This document shows, one piece after another, positions 18,476-27,236 of a DNA stretch of 37,949 nucleotides; the stretch's first letter is position 1, and the number at the start of each line of letters is the position of its first letter. The stretch covers positions 1 through 37,949 of IMG/VR virus record IMGVR_UViG_3300044698_000081. The stretch is one strand, 5' to 3'. The translations under genes were made by a program, and so were the position numbers. The notes below the pieces were generated by a model. The model saw only the letters and a program-made list of their open reading frames with translations. It searched no databases and had not been told where the DNA came from. Origin of the DNA: a virus (lineage: Duplodnaviria > Caudoviricetes).

Positions 18476-19920
18476 CAAATGTTCGCTAGAGGATCCGTCA
18501 CCGGTTTCTGCGCTGCGTCGTACGCCAACGTGGCAGCCACCAAAGACGAAATGTCGGTGTCGACTGTTTTGCGTGCCCATACCCACTGGTCACCGACCGG
18601 CCGCTTTTTGGCTGCTTCGACTGCCAGGTCAAGAACTTCGGCCTGTAACACTTGGATGTGCCCCTCGGCGACCGCCCGATAAAACCGGGAACACGCATAC
18701 CCATACGTGGACGTGTCGTACTCGACAACGTTCACGAGGCTGTTACGGAGCGCCTCGATCACGTACCCGACGGGTCCTTTACGGTCAACTGCGACGGGTG
18801 TCTGGTAGCGGCCAGCCAGCTCGACAAGACGATCCTGTATCCAGCCGGTCCCGGCCCGATGCTCAACAACCTCGACCCGGCCTGTCCCGTCCGCAGCGAC
18901 AATCGTCGCGGCCGACTGGTCGGGGGTGCCGTCCACACCAAACACGAAATCGTCACCCAGGGTGACACCACCAAAATCGGGGACACACACGGCGTCCCAC
19001 ACTCCTTTAGGGATCACCCGGTCGGACCCCTTCCGGTTTGGTATGTTCAACCAGGCCCGCATGAACTCTGCCAGCGGCATCGTGTCGTACGCCTGACGGA
19101 CAGTCCGCTCAGTGATCGTGTATCCGAGCGCGGGCATGCACTTGCGCCACGTGTTCGGGTCTCCCGGGTCGTCACCTTCGACGGCGGACCATTCGAAGTA
19201 GGCGATCCCGTCGGTGCGGCCCGTGTCGACAGCGTGCCGACCGGCAGCCTGTTTCCGGTCCAACAGTTGCGACTTGACCGTACCGGCCGTGGACGTAATC
19301 AGCTTTTGTGCGTCGGCTCGGGTGGCCATCGCGGGGATCGTCGCCTGCTCACGACGGTCGTCCTCGTCAGCAAAAATCTCGTCGAGGACACCAAGGTCGA
19401 CGGTGGACCCGTGACCGGCATCATCGGACGTGGCCCACACTGTCAACGTCGAATCGTTGCGGCATGTCAAACCGGTGTTGTCGGCCGCACGATGATATTG
19501 GAGAACCTGCCGATGATATTTGGACCGGCGAATCAGCGGCAACTGGTCCTTGACAAACTTGCGTCGGGCCGCCGTACCGGTCTGAGCCGTGTACACGACA
19601 TGCTGCAGGCGACCCCAGTTGAACATGCGGTCCATCTCGGCCGACAACACCACAGTCGTTTTGCCTGACTGGCGGGGAACCGTAACGATCACTTCCGGAT
19701 AGGCGGGCACCCACAACCCGGTGATGTCATCCAAAACCATTTCGCCGGCGACCGCCGCCACGTCATCCTGCCAGGGCATAAACGGCAAACCCAACGCCGC
19801 CGACATGGCAGCCCACCGAACCCCAATCGACGGGCGGTCAGGTGTTCTTGGTGTGGCCCAACGCGGCGTCGAGATCGGCGAACTCTGTGCTGATGGCGTC
19901 ATACTCATCGCTGCGTCCAT
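18472..19920 (-). CDS. terL: Terminase large subunit
   Basis: Walker A VPRQSGKTT, Walker B LGVLDE, ITSTAG coupling motif, FGVD and DIS nuclease residues. Confidence 0.95.
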   Translation of the reverse strand: MDAAMSMTPSAQSSPISTPRWATPRTPDRPSIGVRWAAMSAALGLPFMPWQDDVAAVAGEMVLDDITGLWVPAYPEVIVTVPRQSGKTTVVLSAEMDRMFNWGRLQHVVYTAQTGTAARRKFVKDQLPLIRRSKYHRQVLQYHRAADNTGLTCRNDSTLTVWATSDDAGHGSTVDLGVLDEIFADEDDRREQATIPAMATRADAQKLITSTAGTVKSQLLDRKQAAGRHAVDTGRTDGIAYFEWSAVEGDDPGDPNTWRKCMPALGYTITERTVRQAYDTMPLAEFMRAWLNIPNRKGSDRVIPKGVWDAVCVPDFGGVTLGDDFVFGVDGTPDQSAATIVAADGTGRVEVVEHRAGTGWIQDRLVELAGRYQTPVAVDRKGPVGYVIEALRNSLVNVVEYDTSTYGYACSRFYRAVAEGHIQVLQAEVLDLAVEAAKKRPVGDQWVWARKTVDTDISSLVAATLAYDAAQKPVTDPLANIW

Positions 19921-20185
19921 CCCTCACAGCTCCCATCAGACCAGCCAAAGCCAACCGATACTCACGCCACAACTTGTCGTCGAACCTGGCAGTGGCATCA
20001 ATGCGGGTGGCTAACGACCGGCACGCCTCGACCAGTGCAGCGAACTCGGCACCCGACCCCACCTCCACCAGTTGAACCTCGAACGCCGAACGGTTCCGCC
20101 CGTAACGGGGCGCCTTACGACACCCATCAGAACAGAACTTTCGTTGACGCCCCGACAAGGCCAAACCGCACACAACACAAGCCAT
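19838..20185 (-). CDS. Terminase small subunit (N-terminal Cys cluster)
   Basis: Directly upstream of terL; CVVC...FCSDGC, ACRSLATRID, EYRLALAGL. Confidence 0.65.
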   Translation of the reverse strand: MACVVCGLALSGRQRKFCSDGCRKAPRYGRNRSAFEVQLVEVGSGAEFAALVEACRSLATRIDATARFDDKLWREYRLALAGLMGAVRDGRSDEYDAISTEFADLDAALGHTKNT

Positions 20186-20322
20186 AACCGAAACCCCCGG
20201 CAGTCGAATGGGTGAACCAACCAGAAACCCGAACACCCAGAGAGAAAAAAGAGGCTGGGTCTTGGTGGGTGGGTGGTGGTTTCTAAAAAAGGGTTGTGGT
20301 GGGGCAGTTGTGTTGCCTGGGG
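20186..20322. other. Putative cos / genome-end region
   Basis: Non-coding gap between HNH and terS; A-tracts and a sharp AC-rich to GT-rich strand switch near 20250. Confidence 0.5.
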
Positions 20323-20595
20323 CTACCAGTTGCGGGTGGGTGGTGCTGTTCCGCTGGTTGGGGGTGAAGGAGGGTTGGGTGGGCGGTTGGATAGGCGGGT
20401 GTTGCATCGGGTGCATATTGAGCGGAGGTTGTCGGGGTCGTAGGGGGGTCCTCCGTGTGAGGTGGGGATAATGTGGTCTACGGCGTCGGCTTTTTGTGTG
20501 CAGCCGGGTAGGTGGACTTGGCAGGTGTGGGCGTCCCGGTCGAGGATGGTGAGGCGTATGGTCTGCCACGGTCCGTTGTAAGGCCAGTCAGCCAT
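20323..20595 (-). CDS. HNH endonuclease (packaging associated)
   Basis: RD.HTCQ...C...VDHIIP..GG....NL..IC..CN. Confidence 0.9.
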   Translation of the reverse strand: MADWPYNGPWQTIRLTILDRDAHTCQVHLPGCTQKADAVDHIIPTSHGGPPYDPDNLRSICTRCNTRLSNRPPNPPSPPTSGTAPPTRNW

Positions 20596-20788
20596 GGCGT
20601 ACGGCGTCGGCTCGTTCGACGGCACGGTCTACCCACTCCAATCTGGCGGCACTATCCACAGTGACGATGACGGGCCACACCACGCACCCAGCAGCGGCCA
20701 GAGTTACGGCAGCGTGAACGGGACCGCCAGTATGGTATATGACCTTCTCGGTGTTACCAGCCCTGTGCTTACCCTCATAACGACTCAT
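20588..20788 (-). CDS. Hypothetical protein
   Basis: Overlapping operon ORF. Confidence 0.5.
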   Translation of the reverse strand: MSRYEGKHRAGNTEKVIYHTGGPVHAAVTLAAAGCVVWPVIVTVDSAARLEWVDRAVERADAVRHG

Positions 20789-20957
20789 CGAGTGGTTCCC
20801 CGGTAACAGACTGGTATGTCACCGGCACGACTACTGCCATGTGCAAGAACTCCAGCTCTTCGGATACGGTACGACCGGTCGCTGCCGCCATCCCTCCGGC
20901 TACAGCCACCAGCTTCTCGAAAAGCAAATCGGTGTCTGATGGGTATGGTGCATACAT
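20775..20957 (-). CDS. Hypothetical protein
   Basis: GAAGGGA RBS; overlap with next gene. Confidence 0.5.
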   Translation of the reverse strand: MYAPYPSDTDLLFEKLVAVAGGMAAATGRTVSEELEFLHMAVVVPVTYQSVTGEPLDESL

Positions 20958-20971
20958 GCCTTGTCCCTTCG

Positions 20972-21292
20972 TTAGCGTCTTCCCAGGTAGCCTTCAATGA
21001 AATGCCCTGACGACCACACAAACAGCACACCAACCACCAAATGGAACACGGCGATAGACAGCACAGCCCATTGGGGTAGGTCCCACACCCACTCCGAAAA
21101 GGTGTCTTCCTTGGCGGCAGATAGGACACCGCGGATCTCGGGGACCAACCAGACGGCCAAAGTGAAGTAGGCGAAGCCCATCAACACAATCATCAGGGAC
21201 TGAACAGGGGTAGGTTTGCGTTGTTTCACCACAATCCACCGTGTCGTTGAGGTTTGAGAGCTGTCCACCAGCGGCGTGCCATCCTTCGGCAC
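20972..21292 (-). CDS. Membrane protein (2 TM)
   Basis: Two hydrophobic segments; start uncertain. Confidence 0.5.
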   Translation of the reverse strand: MPKDGTPLVDSSQTSTTRWIVVKQRKPTPVQSLMIVLMGFAYFTLAVWLVPEIRGVLSAAKEDTFSEWVWDLPQWAVLSIAVFHLVVGVLFVWSSGHFIEGYLGRR

Positions 21293-21546
21293 AATCTGAC
21301 AACAATCATCCGTTCCTCACAGACCGTGGGACCGTTTTGGGTGTGTGTACCCAACAGCCGGGCCCCGGGTTGTATGTTGATAGCCGTGTGGCGCATTGGC
21401 CGCAATAGCGGACTTGTGACGGTACGGGGGGGGGCTGCTAGGGGGGGTGTGAACGGTTTGATGACCCCCCAGGTGGGTTGGATAGGGGTACAGCCGGCGG
21501 GTGTGGCAGGGTGGAGTTCGGCCCGGAGAATCATCATGATCCTTCC

Positions 21547-22190
21547 CTAAGCTGGTGGGTTCACCGGATCCAATAATGTGGGATCGACGTCTACGCCGTC
21601 ATATTCGCTGCGAACATGCGCATAAACGGTCGAGGGGTTGTTGAACCATTCGCCCGTCGTCCGATACTCTGAGAACTTGCGGTGTAGTTTGGCTTCCAAC
21701 GCCCGCCCGCCGGAGCCTATGAGGTAGATTTCGTCTAGCTTGACGCCTGATGCGAGTTCCAACTGGCGTAGGCGCACAACTGGTTGGCGAGACAAGCTAT
21801 TTTGACTAGGGGACCACGTCGTGCCACATAGACGCTATCCCGGCTCCGTAGTGTGGCTTCGAGCTTGGCTGATCGGCGGACTTCGGTAGCCCGTTTCTCT
21901 AGTTTTTTGTCAACCGCAGCGTGTTTGGATTCAAGCGCCGCGGTCATGGGTGTGCTGAACCACCGGTTGAGCTGCGAGTAGTGTTCATGGCAGAAAGGTT
22001 GACCGGATAGGGTCTCTTCGTCGTATCCAAGAACCGGAACGGCTACGTGGTGAACGTGGCGGGTGCATGGTTCGCCTTCGGCGTCGATGGCGATACAAAA
22101 GTCTAGGACCGACTTGGAGAACCCTTTAGACACAAAAGCCCTTGTCACTGCCCATGCGCACTTAGCGCCTAATGGGCTACAATCGGACAT
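21547..22190 (-). pseudogene. GIY-YIG (T5orf172/MUG113-like) nuclease gene split by a 1-nt frameshift near 21797
   Basis: SVYVARRGPLVKI in one frame, LSRQPVVRLRQL...LEAKLHRKF..YRTTGEWF in the -1 frame. Confidence 0.7.
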
Positions 22191-22209
22191 AGGAGTTCCC
22201 ACGGCATGT

Positions 22210-22237
22210 ATATTACACGAATGTAATTCGAATGCAA
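22210..22237 (-). promoter_or_regulatory. Putative sigma70-type promoter
   Basis: TTGCAT-16nt-TAATAT in an AT-rich gap upstream of the GIY-YIG gene. Confidence 0.45.
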
Positions 22238-22296
22238 TAACCGTAGGCTGGGCGTGCGGCATTAGGTTAGGTGTTCTCACGGCGAACCAACCAGGT

Positions 22297-22488
22297 TTAT
22301 AACTGCGGTTCGGGGCATTCGAAATCGAGCTCAGCCCACGCCACGGCCAACGGAGAGTGAGCGGCCACAGCCCCGCACCCACACAACCTACGGTCTGGCT
22401 CCCCGAACGCTTGCACAAGCAAGGGGTGGGCGCATTCGGCTTCATGAGCGGCTATCTCAGTATCAGCCCACACCCTCATCGGACTCAT
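22297..22488 (-). CDS. Hypothetical Cys-containing protein
   Basis: AAGGAG RBS, ATGA overlap. Confidence 0.5.
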   Translation of the reverse strand: MSPMRVWADTEIAAHEAECAHPLLVQAFGEPDRRLCGCGAVAAHSPLAVAWAELDFECPEPQL

Positions 22489-22853
22489 TCGCTTGTCTCC
22501 TTCACACCAACAAGCAGCCGGTCGATAGCCGCCCACAACGTCGGCCACTCTTTACGATGACGGGCCATGATATGAAGATGCGTATGTGGGTATGGCCCGA
22601 GGTTTTGAACAGCTTCCCGAATCTCCTCGACAGCATTAGCCTGAAGACCTCGATTTGAGTGGACCACGGCAGCCAAAACCGCATCAGCAACGGCATCCCA
22701 GAGGCTCGCATCATTAGAACGCGGATCGTGGTCAATCCGGTAATCCATCCAGGTCTGATATGCGACTTGGCCGGCATCGTCACCGCTCCTAGCGGCTTGG
22801 GCGGCCTTGTAACGCCAATCGTCACTCATGCGGCCGCTTCCATCGTCACTCAT
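22485..22853 (-). CDS. Hypothetical protein
   Basis: GAGGAG RBS; operon position. Confidence 0.55.
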   Translation of the reverse strand: MSDDGSGRMSDDWRYKAAQAARSGDDAGQVAYQTWMDYRIDHDPRSNDASLWDAVADAVLAAVVHSNRGLQANAVEEIREAVQNLGPYPHTHLHIMARHRKEWPTLWAAIDRLLVGVKETSE

Positions 22854-23033
22854 ACGTCGGACTCCTCGCTCATGCGCTTGTCTCCTCAAGCGCTTTGCTC
22901 TGCGAAATCATCTGAGTGAGAAGCGCCACGAACAACTTCACATCATCCAACCGACTCGCAGGATCAACATCGAATCTTGCCCGTATGATCATGTGTTCGA
23001 CCTCAACCGACACGTAGGCGCTGTAATTGCTCA

Positions 23034-23357
23034 TCAGCTTGGGTCCTTCCTCACGTCCACGTTCTCCACGAGTATGTCGGGCACTACGAATACGGGCATG
23101 CGGCGGCCATGCCAGGACAGCATCACATGCTTGGCGCCGTGCTGGATCGCGGCGATGTCTGAGGGTTCAAGTTCCAGGATTACCGCGACCATGTCGAAGT
23201 CCTGGTCGCCGTACCCAGCCATTTTTGTGGTGTAGAACAGGCCTTCCGCTGGTGGGATTTGCTCGGATGTCAGGTCTCCGTCGGGTGCGGAGAACACGGT
23301 TGTTCCCTCCACCCACGGCGACGCACTCACCCAGTCAGGAACGGGTACTGGTCTCAT
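23034..23357 (-). CDS. Hypothetical protein
   Basis: AGGAGG RBS, ATGA overlap. Confidence 0.55.
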   Translation of the reverse strand: MRPVPVPDWVSASPWVEGTTVFSAPDGDLTSEQIPPAEGLFYTTKMAGYGDQDFDMVAVILELEPSDIAAIQHGAKHVMLSWHGRRMPVFVVPDILVENVDVRKDPS

Positions 23358-23896
23358 GCGGTCCCTCCTTCCATGTTGATATTCGGGTACGGTGAGCCGC
23401 ACCCAGGACAATGCGTTTTCACAAACCGGACACCGTTTTCGACGGTCCACGCCGCGAACGATTTGGATTCGCCGATTGGGCAGTCCCTGTGTCGGCAACG
23501 TACTGGCGGGGCCGGGTCCGGTTCGATTATTGATGGTGGGCGTTGCCAGTCGTTCTGACGGCGTGCGTCGAACACGTCCAGGGAGCGTCTCACATCCCGC
23601 AGAAGCCTACGGAGGGCGCCTTGGGCGTTGCGGTTCCCGGAAGCGGCCGGACGCCCTGAGAGGGCCTGTGACCGGGTCACGGACGGTTCCAGGTTGACTG
23701 CCGGTGCCGCTGGCAAGGCGTCCTCGGTGGCAGTGCGTATCGCCATTGCTAGTTCGACCAGCAACGGGTGAGCTGACGGTGAGCCGGCTTCAAGGCTGGC
23801 GGTGCGTTCCCGTTCCCGCCGAACCACCTTCGACATGGTCAACGAATGCTGTTCGACAGTCATGTGGTCCTTGTGCGTACAAACACCTCGGCTCAT
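23354..23896 (-). CDS. Hypothetical protein with C-terminal zinc ribbon
   Basis: CRHRDC...CPGCG. Confidence 0.55.
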   Translation of the reverse strand: MSRGVCTHKDHMTVEQHSLTMSKVVRRERERTASLEAGSPSAHPLLVELAMAIRTATEDALPAAPAVNLEPSVTRSQALSGRPAASGNRNAQGALRRLLRDVRRSLDVFDARRQNDWQRPPSIIEPDPAPPVRCRHRDCPIGESKSFAAWTVENGVRFVKTHCPGCGSPYPNINMEGGTA

Positions 23897-24522
23897 CGGA
23901 AGTCTTTCACTTTGACTTTTGTGATGATGCGGCGGCCGCGCCTATCCGACAGCTCGACCAACGGCCTCACCACCACACCCTCCGCGACGGTATCACCAAA
24001 CAGCGACGGGAACCCACCAGCGGCCACGGCCTCGATGTGGCCGCTCAGGGTTCCCGTCGTCACAATAGGAACGAACTGCAGGGCAAGCTTGTTGGCAATG
24101 TCCACGACGTCGGCCCGGTCCAACCATACGCCCGACTCGTTGACCTGAACGTCAAACACTACGAAATCAGAGTCCGGTCGGTACGCGCCTCCCCTCTGAA
24201 TCTTCCCGCCATACCCTTCACCGAAGACGGTCAACCCCGAGAGGGCGTCCCACCCTTGCCGGGCGGTTATGACATCGAGGCGGTCAAGTAATGACGCTGG
24301 AATTTGGGCGTTATCTGTGCGACCGCCAATTCGAACGGTGCCGTCATCTCGACGGCTAAGTCTAATGTTGGTGCCGTCTACCTTTTCGGTTCCTACCCAC
24401 GGCAGGTCTTGGAGGTATCCGAACTCAGGTCGCGACCATTCACCAACCAGAAACGTCTTGTAGTGGTTGTCTGGGTCTCGTTTGAACACTGAATCGATTT
24501 TGTGATATTCCCTCATGCTCAT
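23893..24522 (-). CDS. RNA ligase family protein (Rnl2-like adenylation domain)
   Basis: Nucleotidyltransferase motifs EKVDGTN, FGEGYG, FDV, EGVV, KVK. Confidence 0.88.
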   Translation of the reverse strand: MSMREYHKIDSVFKRDPDNHYKTFLVGEWSRPEFGYLQDLPWVGTEKVDGTNIRLSRRDDGTVRIGGRTDNAQIPASLLDRLDVITARQGWDALSGLTVFGEGYGGKIQRGGAYRPDSDFVVFDVQVNESGVWLDRADVVDIANKLALQFVPIVTTGTLSGHIEAVAAGGFPSLFGDTVAEGVVVRPLVELSDRRGRRIITKVKVKDFR

Positions 24523-24779
24523 CGGTTCATCCATTCGGGTCGGTTCGGGTTTCGGTGCTTATTCGGGCAAGGACTGATGTCATGGGTGCCGTCCAGGACC
24601 CGTCGGCAATGCGAACAGGTCTCTAACAGGCACAGGACACAGATGCGGTCTAGGTCGACTTGTGCTACGGCGAGGCGACCGTTGGGGTATCGGTGGTCGC
24701 AGGTGGCAGGGTTCGGTCTGGTGCTGGGTGGCAGGGTGACCGGCGGTTTGTGCGGCCCGTCGTTGGGTCGGAGTGCCAT
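24519..24779 (-). CDS. Cys/His-rich hypothetical protein
   Basis: CDH, CVLC, CSHC; coupled overlaps. Confidence 0.5.
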   Translation of the reverse strand: MALRPNDGPHKPPVTLPPSTRPNPATCDHRYPNGRLAVAQVDLDRICVLCLLETCSHCRRVLDGTHDISPCPNKHRNPNRPEWMNR

Positions 24780-24852
24780 CAGGAAACCCCTACAACACAA
24801 CAACAACCCAATACATCACAATTACTACCCAATACAATACGTGTAGAATTTT

Positions 24853-25260
24853 TCATAATGTTTCAGAATCTTTCAGAAAAGAGTCCAAGACGAGGGTTAT
24901 GGCCGTGTCAGGACGGTCCTTTTCCCAGTCGTAGTTCTCAGGTGGGGCCGGCACCGAAGTGATACGCCGATACTTGAGACCCTTCTGGTAGTCGTCAAAG
25001 TTCCACACCCGAAAACAGGCTGTGTTACGTACCTGATAGCGGGCAATGAACCCGGCCCGTTCCACCTCACCCAACAGGGAAAGGATGTCCACGGGGACGT
25101 GAGGGAATATGGCCCCTTCGATGTGTTTGGGTAGCCACCAGCCGTTGCCGTGGTCGTCGACGTAGCAGAGCAACCCGATGAACAGGATTTGGGCTAGCGG
25201 GCTCATGCGGGCTACGTCTTCGTCTGAGAAGAATCCCGGGTCTAACACACGAGACCTCAT
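24853..25260 (-). CDS. Phage replication initiator-like protein (N-terminal wHTH)
   Basis: RVLDPGFFSDEDV..LFIGLLCYVDDHG...IFP...NFDDYQK; followed by AT-rich repeats. Confidence 0.7.
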   Translation of the reverse strand: MRSRVLDPGFFSDEDVARMSPLAQILFIGLLCYVDDHGNGWWLPKHIEGAIFPHVPVDILSLLGEVERAGFIARYQVRNTACFRVWNFDDYQKGLKYRRITSVPAPPENYDWEKDRPDTAITLVLDSFLKDSETL

Positions 25261-25370
25261 TCGAACCACCACCGAATATTGTCCGACAACCAGAGAGCGA
25301 ATAAGACGTTGAAAAACAAGAACACCAGCGAATACCGGGGCTCCAACAGCCAGACAAGCACCCGCTTCAT
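25257..25370 (-). CDS. Small membrane protein (LEPRYSL motif)
   Basis: MKRVLVWLLEPRYSLVFLFFNVLFALWL; overlaps both neighbours. Confidence 0.55.
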   Translation of the reverse strand: MKRVLVWLLEPRYSLVFLFFNVLFALWLSDNIRWWFE

Positions 25371-25564
25371 ATGCCGGCCTTCCCTGTCCACCGTCGGACA
25401 CACAGCCCACAAATGTCCGTACCCAACGGGTCGACAGTGCCTATGACCAGGTCGCCGGGTTGTAACGGTCCCCGACAAATAGGGTGTTTGATGGCTGCTA
25501 TTGACGGGCAATCAGGGTACAAGTGGTCGCAGTTGAGACCCGCATAACCGGCTACTTCGGGCAT
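25367..25564 (-). CDS. Cys-rich hypothetical protein
   Basis: HLYPDC...CGLC; GGAGG RBS. Confidence 0.5.
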   Translation of the reverse strand: MPEVAGYAGLNCDHLYPDCPSIAAIKHPICRGPLQPGDLVIGTVDPLGTDICGLCVRRWTGKAGI

Positions 25565-26586
25565 ACGGTTGCCTCCCCAACTGAAGTAGTGCGGGCCGCT
25601 AATCCAGAATCCTTCACATAAGTTGAATAAGGACGGTTTCGCGGTTGGTGTAGGGACAGTTTCGCGGGCCCCGAGATCAGGGCGTACTTCTCACCCGAAG
25701 TGTCCGCTGAAACCTCGTCAGCTAACGCCTGCAAATCATGTGGATTCCACACCCACGCCGACACCCAACTTCCGATGGTGAGCTGGTATTGGTGGTATTC
25801 GTTTTCGTCGATTCTGATGTTCCTCATTGATTCGACCGCCATGATTTGGTGGCCGACCAACTCGGCGACCTGTGGCACCACCGCGTTCCCTAGGCCTCTA
25901 AGTCGGTCCACTTGTCGGGGAATCCCATTAGCCATTCGACCCACTGCGGGTTCGGTCGCCCATTGACTGCGGACCGTAAGTTGTCCCCACCTTGGCGCCG
26001 AGAAGATCCTGGGCCGCCCTTCGAGTCCGACGCGGTCGGAGTTGGAAACCAGCTCCCCGGGTCTCTCGATCGCATGGACGGGGCGGCCTGGTTGGCTGTC
26101 GCCGTGGGGGTATGCAACAATGAAGATCCGGTAGCGGAGGTGCGGGGCACCAACGGCTGACGCCGGTATGCTCTCCCACTCTGTGTCGTACCCGATGGAG
26201 GCCAGGTCTCCGAGTACGTCTCCGAGTCCGGCAGAAGCGAGCCCTGGGACGTTTTCCACGAGGACGTATCGGGGTCGTAGATGGCGAATGATTCTGAAAT
26301 ATGCGGGCCATAACCATCGGTCATCCGCTTGGGCCTTTCTGTGACCGGCATACGAAACGGGTTGGCATGGGAATCCTCCTGCTATCACGTCGACTGGGTC
26401 CAGGTCGACCGGGTTGAGGGCGGTGATGTCTCCATGGCGTGGGACGTTAGGCCAGTGTCTGGCGAGGATCTGGTTGCACCATTCGTCCTTTTCGACTTGC
26501 CAGCGGACGGTCATCCCGGCTCGTTCCAAGCCGAGGTCCAATCCTCCGATACCGGTGAAAAGCGATCCGACAGTGAGACGGGTCAT
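25552..26586 (-). CDS. DNA (cytosine-5) methyltransferase, main (alpha) polypeptide
   Basis: Motifs I FTGIGG, IV GFPCQ, VI ENV, VIII HLRYRIF, X LGNAVVP; motif IX absent. Confidence 0.92.
   Translation of the reverse strand: MTRLTVGSLFTGIGGLDLGLERAGMTVRWQVEKDEWCNQILARHWPNVPRHGDITALNPVDLDPVDVIAGGFPCQPVSYAGHRKAQADDRWLWPAYFRIIRHLRPRYVLVENVPGLASAGLGDVLGDLASIGYDTEWESIPASAVGAPHLRYRIFIVAYPHGDSQPGRPVHAIERPGELVSNSDRVGLEGRPRIFSAPRWGQLTVRSQWATEPAVGRMANGIPRQVDRLRGLGNAVVPQVAELVGHQIMAVESMRNIRIDENEYHQYQLTIGSWVSAWVWNPHDLQALADEVSADTSGEKYALISGPAKLSLHQPRNRPYSTYVKDSGLAARTTSVGEATVCPK
25890..26324 (-). CDS. C5-methyltransferase beta polypeptide nested in an alternative frame
   Basis: TPTA repeats and RPNPQWVEWLMGFPDKWT (motif IX-like). 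Confidence 0.75.
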   Translation of the reverse strand: MTDGYGPHISESFAIYDPDTSSWKTSQGSLLPDSETYSETWPPSGTTQSGRAYRRQPLVPRTSATGSSLLHTPTATANQAAPSMRSRDPGSWFPTPTASDSKGGPGSSRRQGGDNLRSAVNGRPNPQWVEWLMGFPDKWTDLEA

Positions 26587-26674
26587 GGGTTGCCGACTTG
26601 TCGTTGCCGCATTGCTATGAGCCACCCAGGACTCTCAGAATCAGAATCAGGCTCGGGCAACACTACCCACCCGG

Positions 26675-26893
26675 TCATCGGAGACCGTCCGTTAGCTTCG
26701 TGTACCGATTCGCTGCTTCGACCAGTTGGACCCGATGGTTGTAGGACATGCCCTCCAAGTATTCGAGGGTCAGCCCATACTCGTGCCACAGCTCGACAGC
26801 CTCCCTGGCGTAAGGTAGGGGCTTTAGGTTCCCATGTCGGCGTAACCACCAGATAGCAGCCCGTGTGCGCCAAGGTCTCATCGTGTGGCTCAT
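26675..26893 (-). CDS. Hypothetical protein
   Basis: Coupled operon ORF. Confidence 0.5.
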   Translation of the reverse strand: MSHTMRPWRTRAAIWWLRRHGNLKPLPYAREAVELWHEYGLTLEYLEGMSYNHRVQLVEAANRYTKLTDGLR

Positions 26894-26984
26894 GTCGTCA
26901 AATCACAGTCATCGCAAACGAGGAACCCCAACACCACATACAACGGTTTACGCTGCCGGCACGACTCGCATGCCATATCAAACC

Positions 26985-27236
26985 TCATTCGCCTACCCCT
27001 TCCAAAAGTCTCATACTGCCTCCGTCTATCCCGGCGAGGTCGGTGAGCAGACTGTCGACCTGACCCCGAACTTTCACCAGATGATCAACACACATCGCGC
27101 ACGCCTTCGACGTTGGGCCGAAAGGTTCAAACTGGGGGCGACGGGTGTACGGTCCGCATAACCAGGCGGACCCGAACTGGTGAACCCACCCGTATGGGAC
27201 GTGAGCGACACCGTGAACGTGCGGAAACCGTCTCAC
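26985..27236 (-). CDS. Hypothetical protein
   Basis: GTGA overlap; CAMC. Confidence 0.5.
   Translation of the reverse strand: MRRFPHVHGVAHVPYGWVHQFGSAWLCGPYTRRPQFEPFGPTSKACAMCVDHLVKVRGQVDSLLTDLAGIDGGSMRLLEGVGE

Noticed and set aside
20186-20569. N-terminal extension of terS to 243 aa
   Set aside because: Pro/His-rich, overlaps the HNH gene and the presumed cos gap; ATG at 20185 is more plausible
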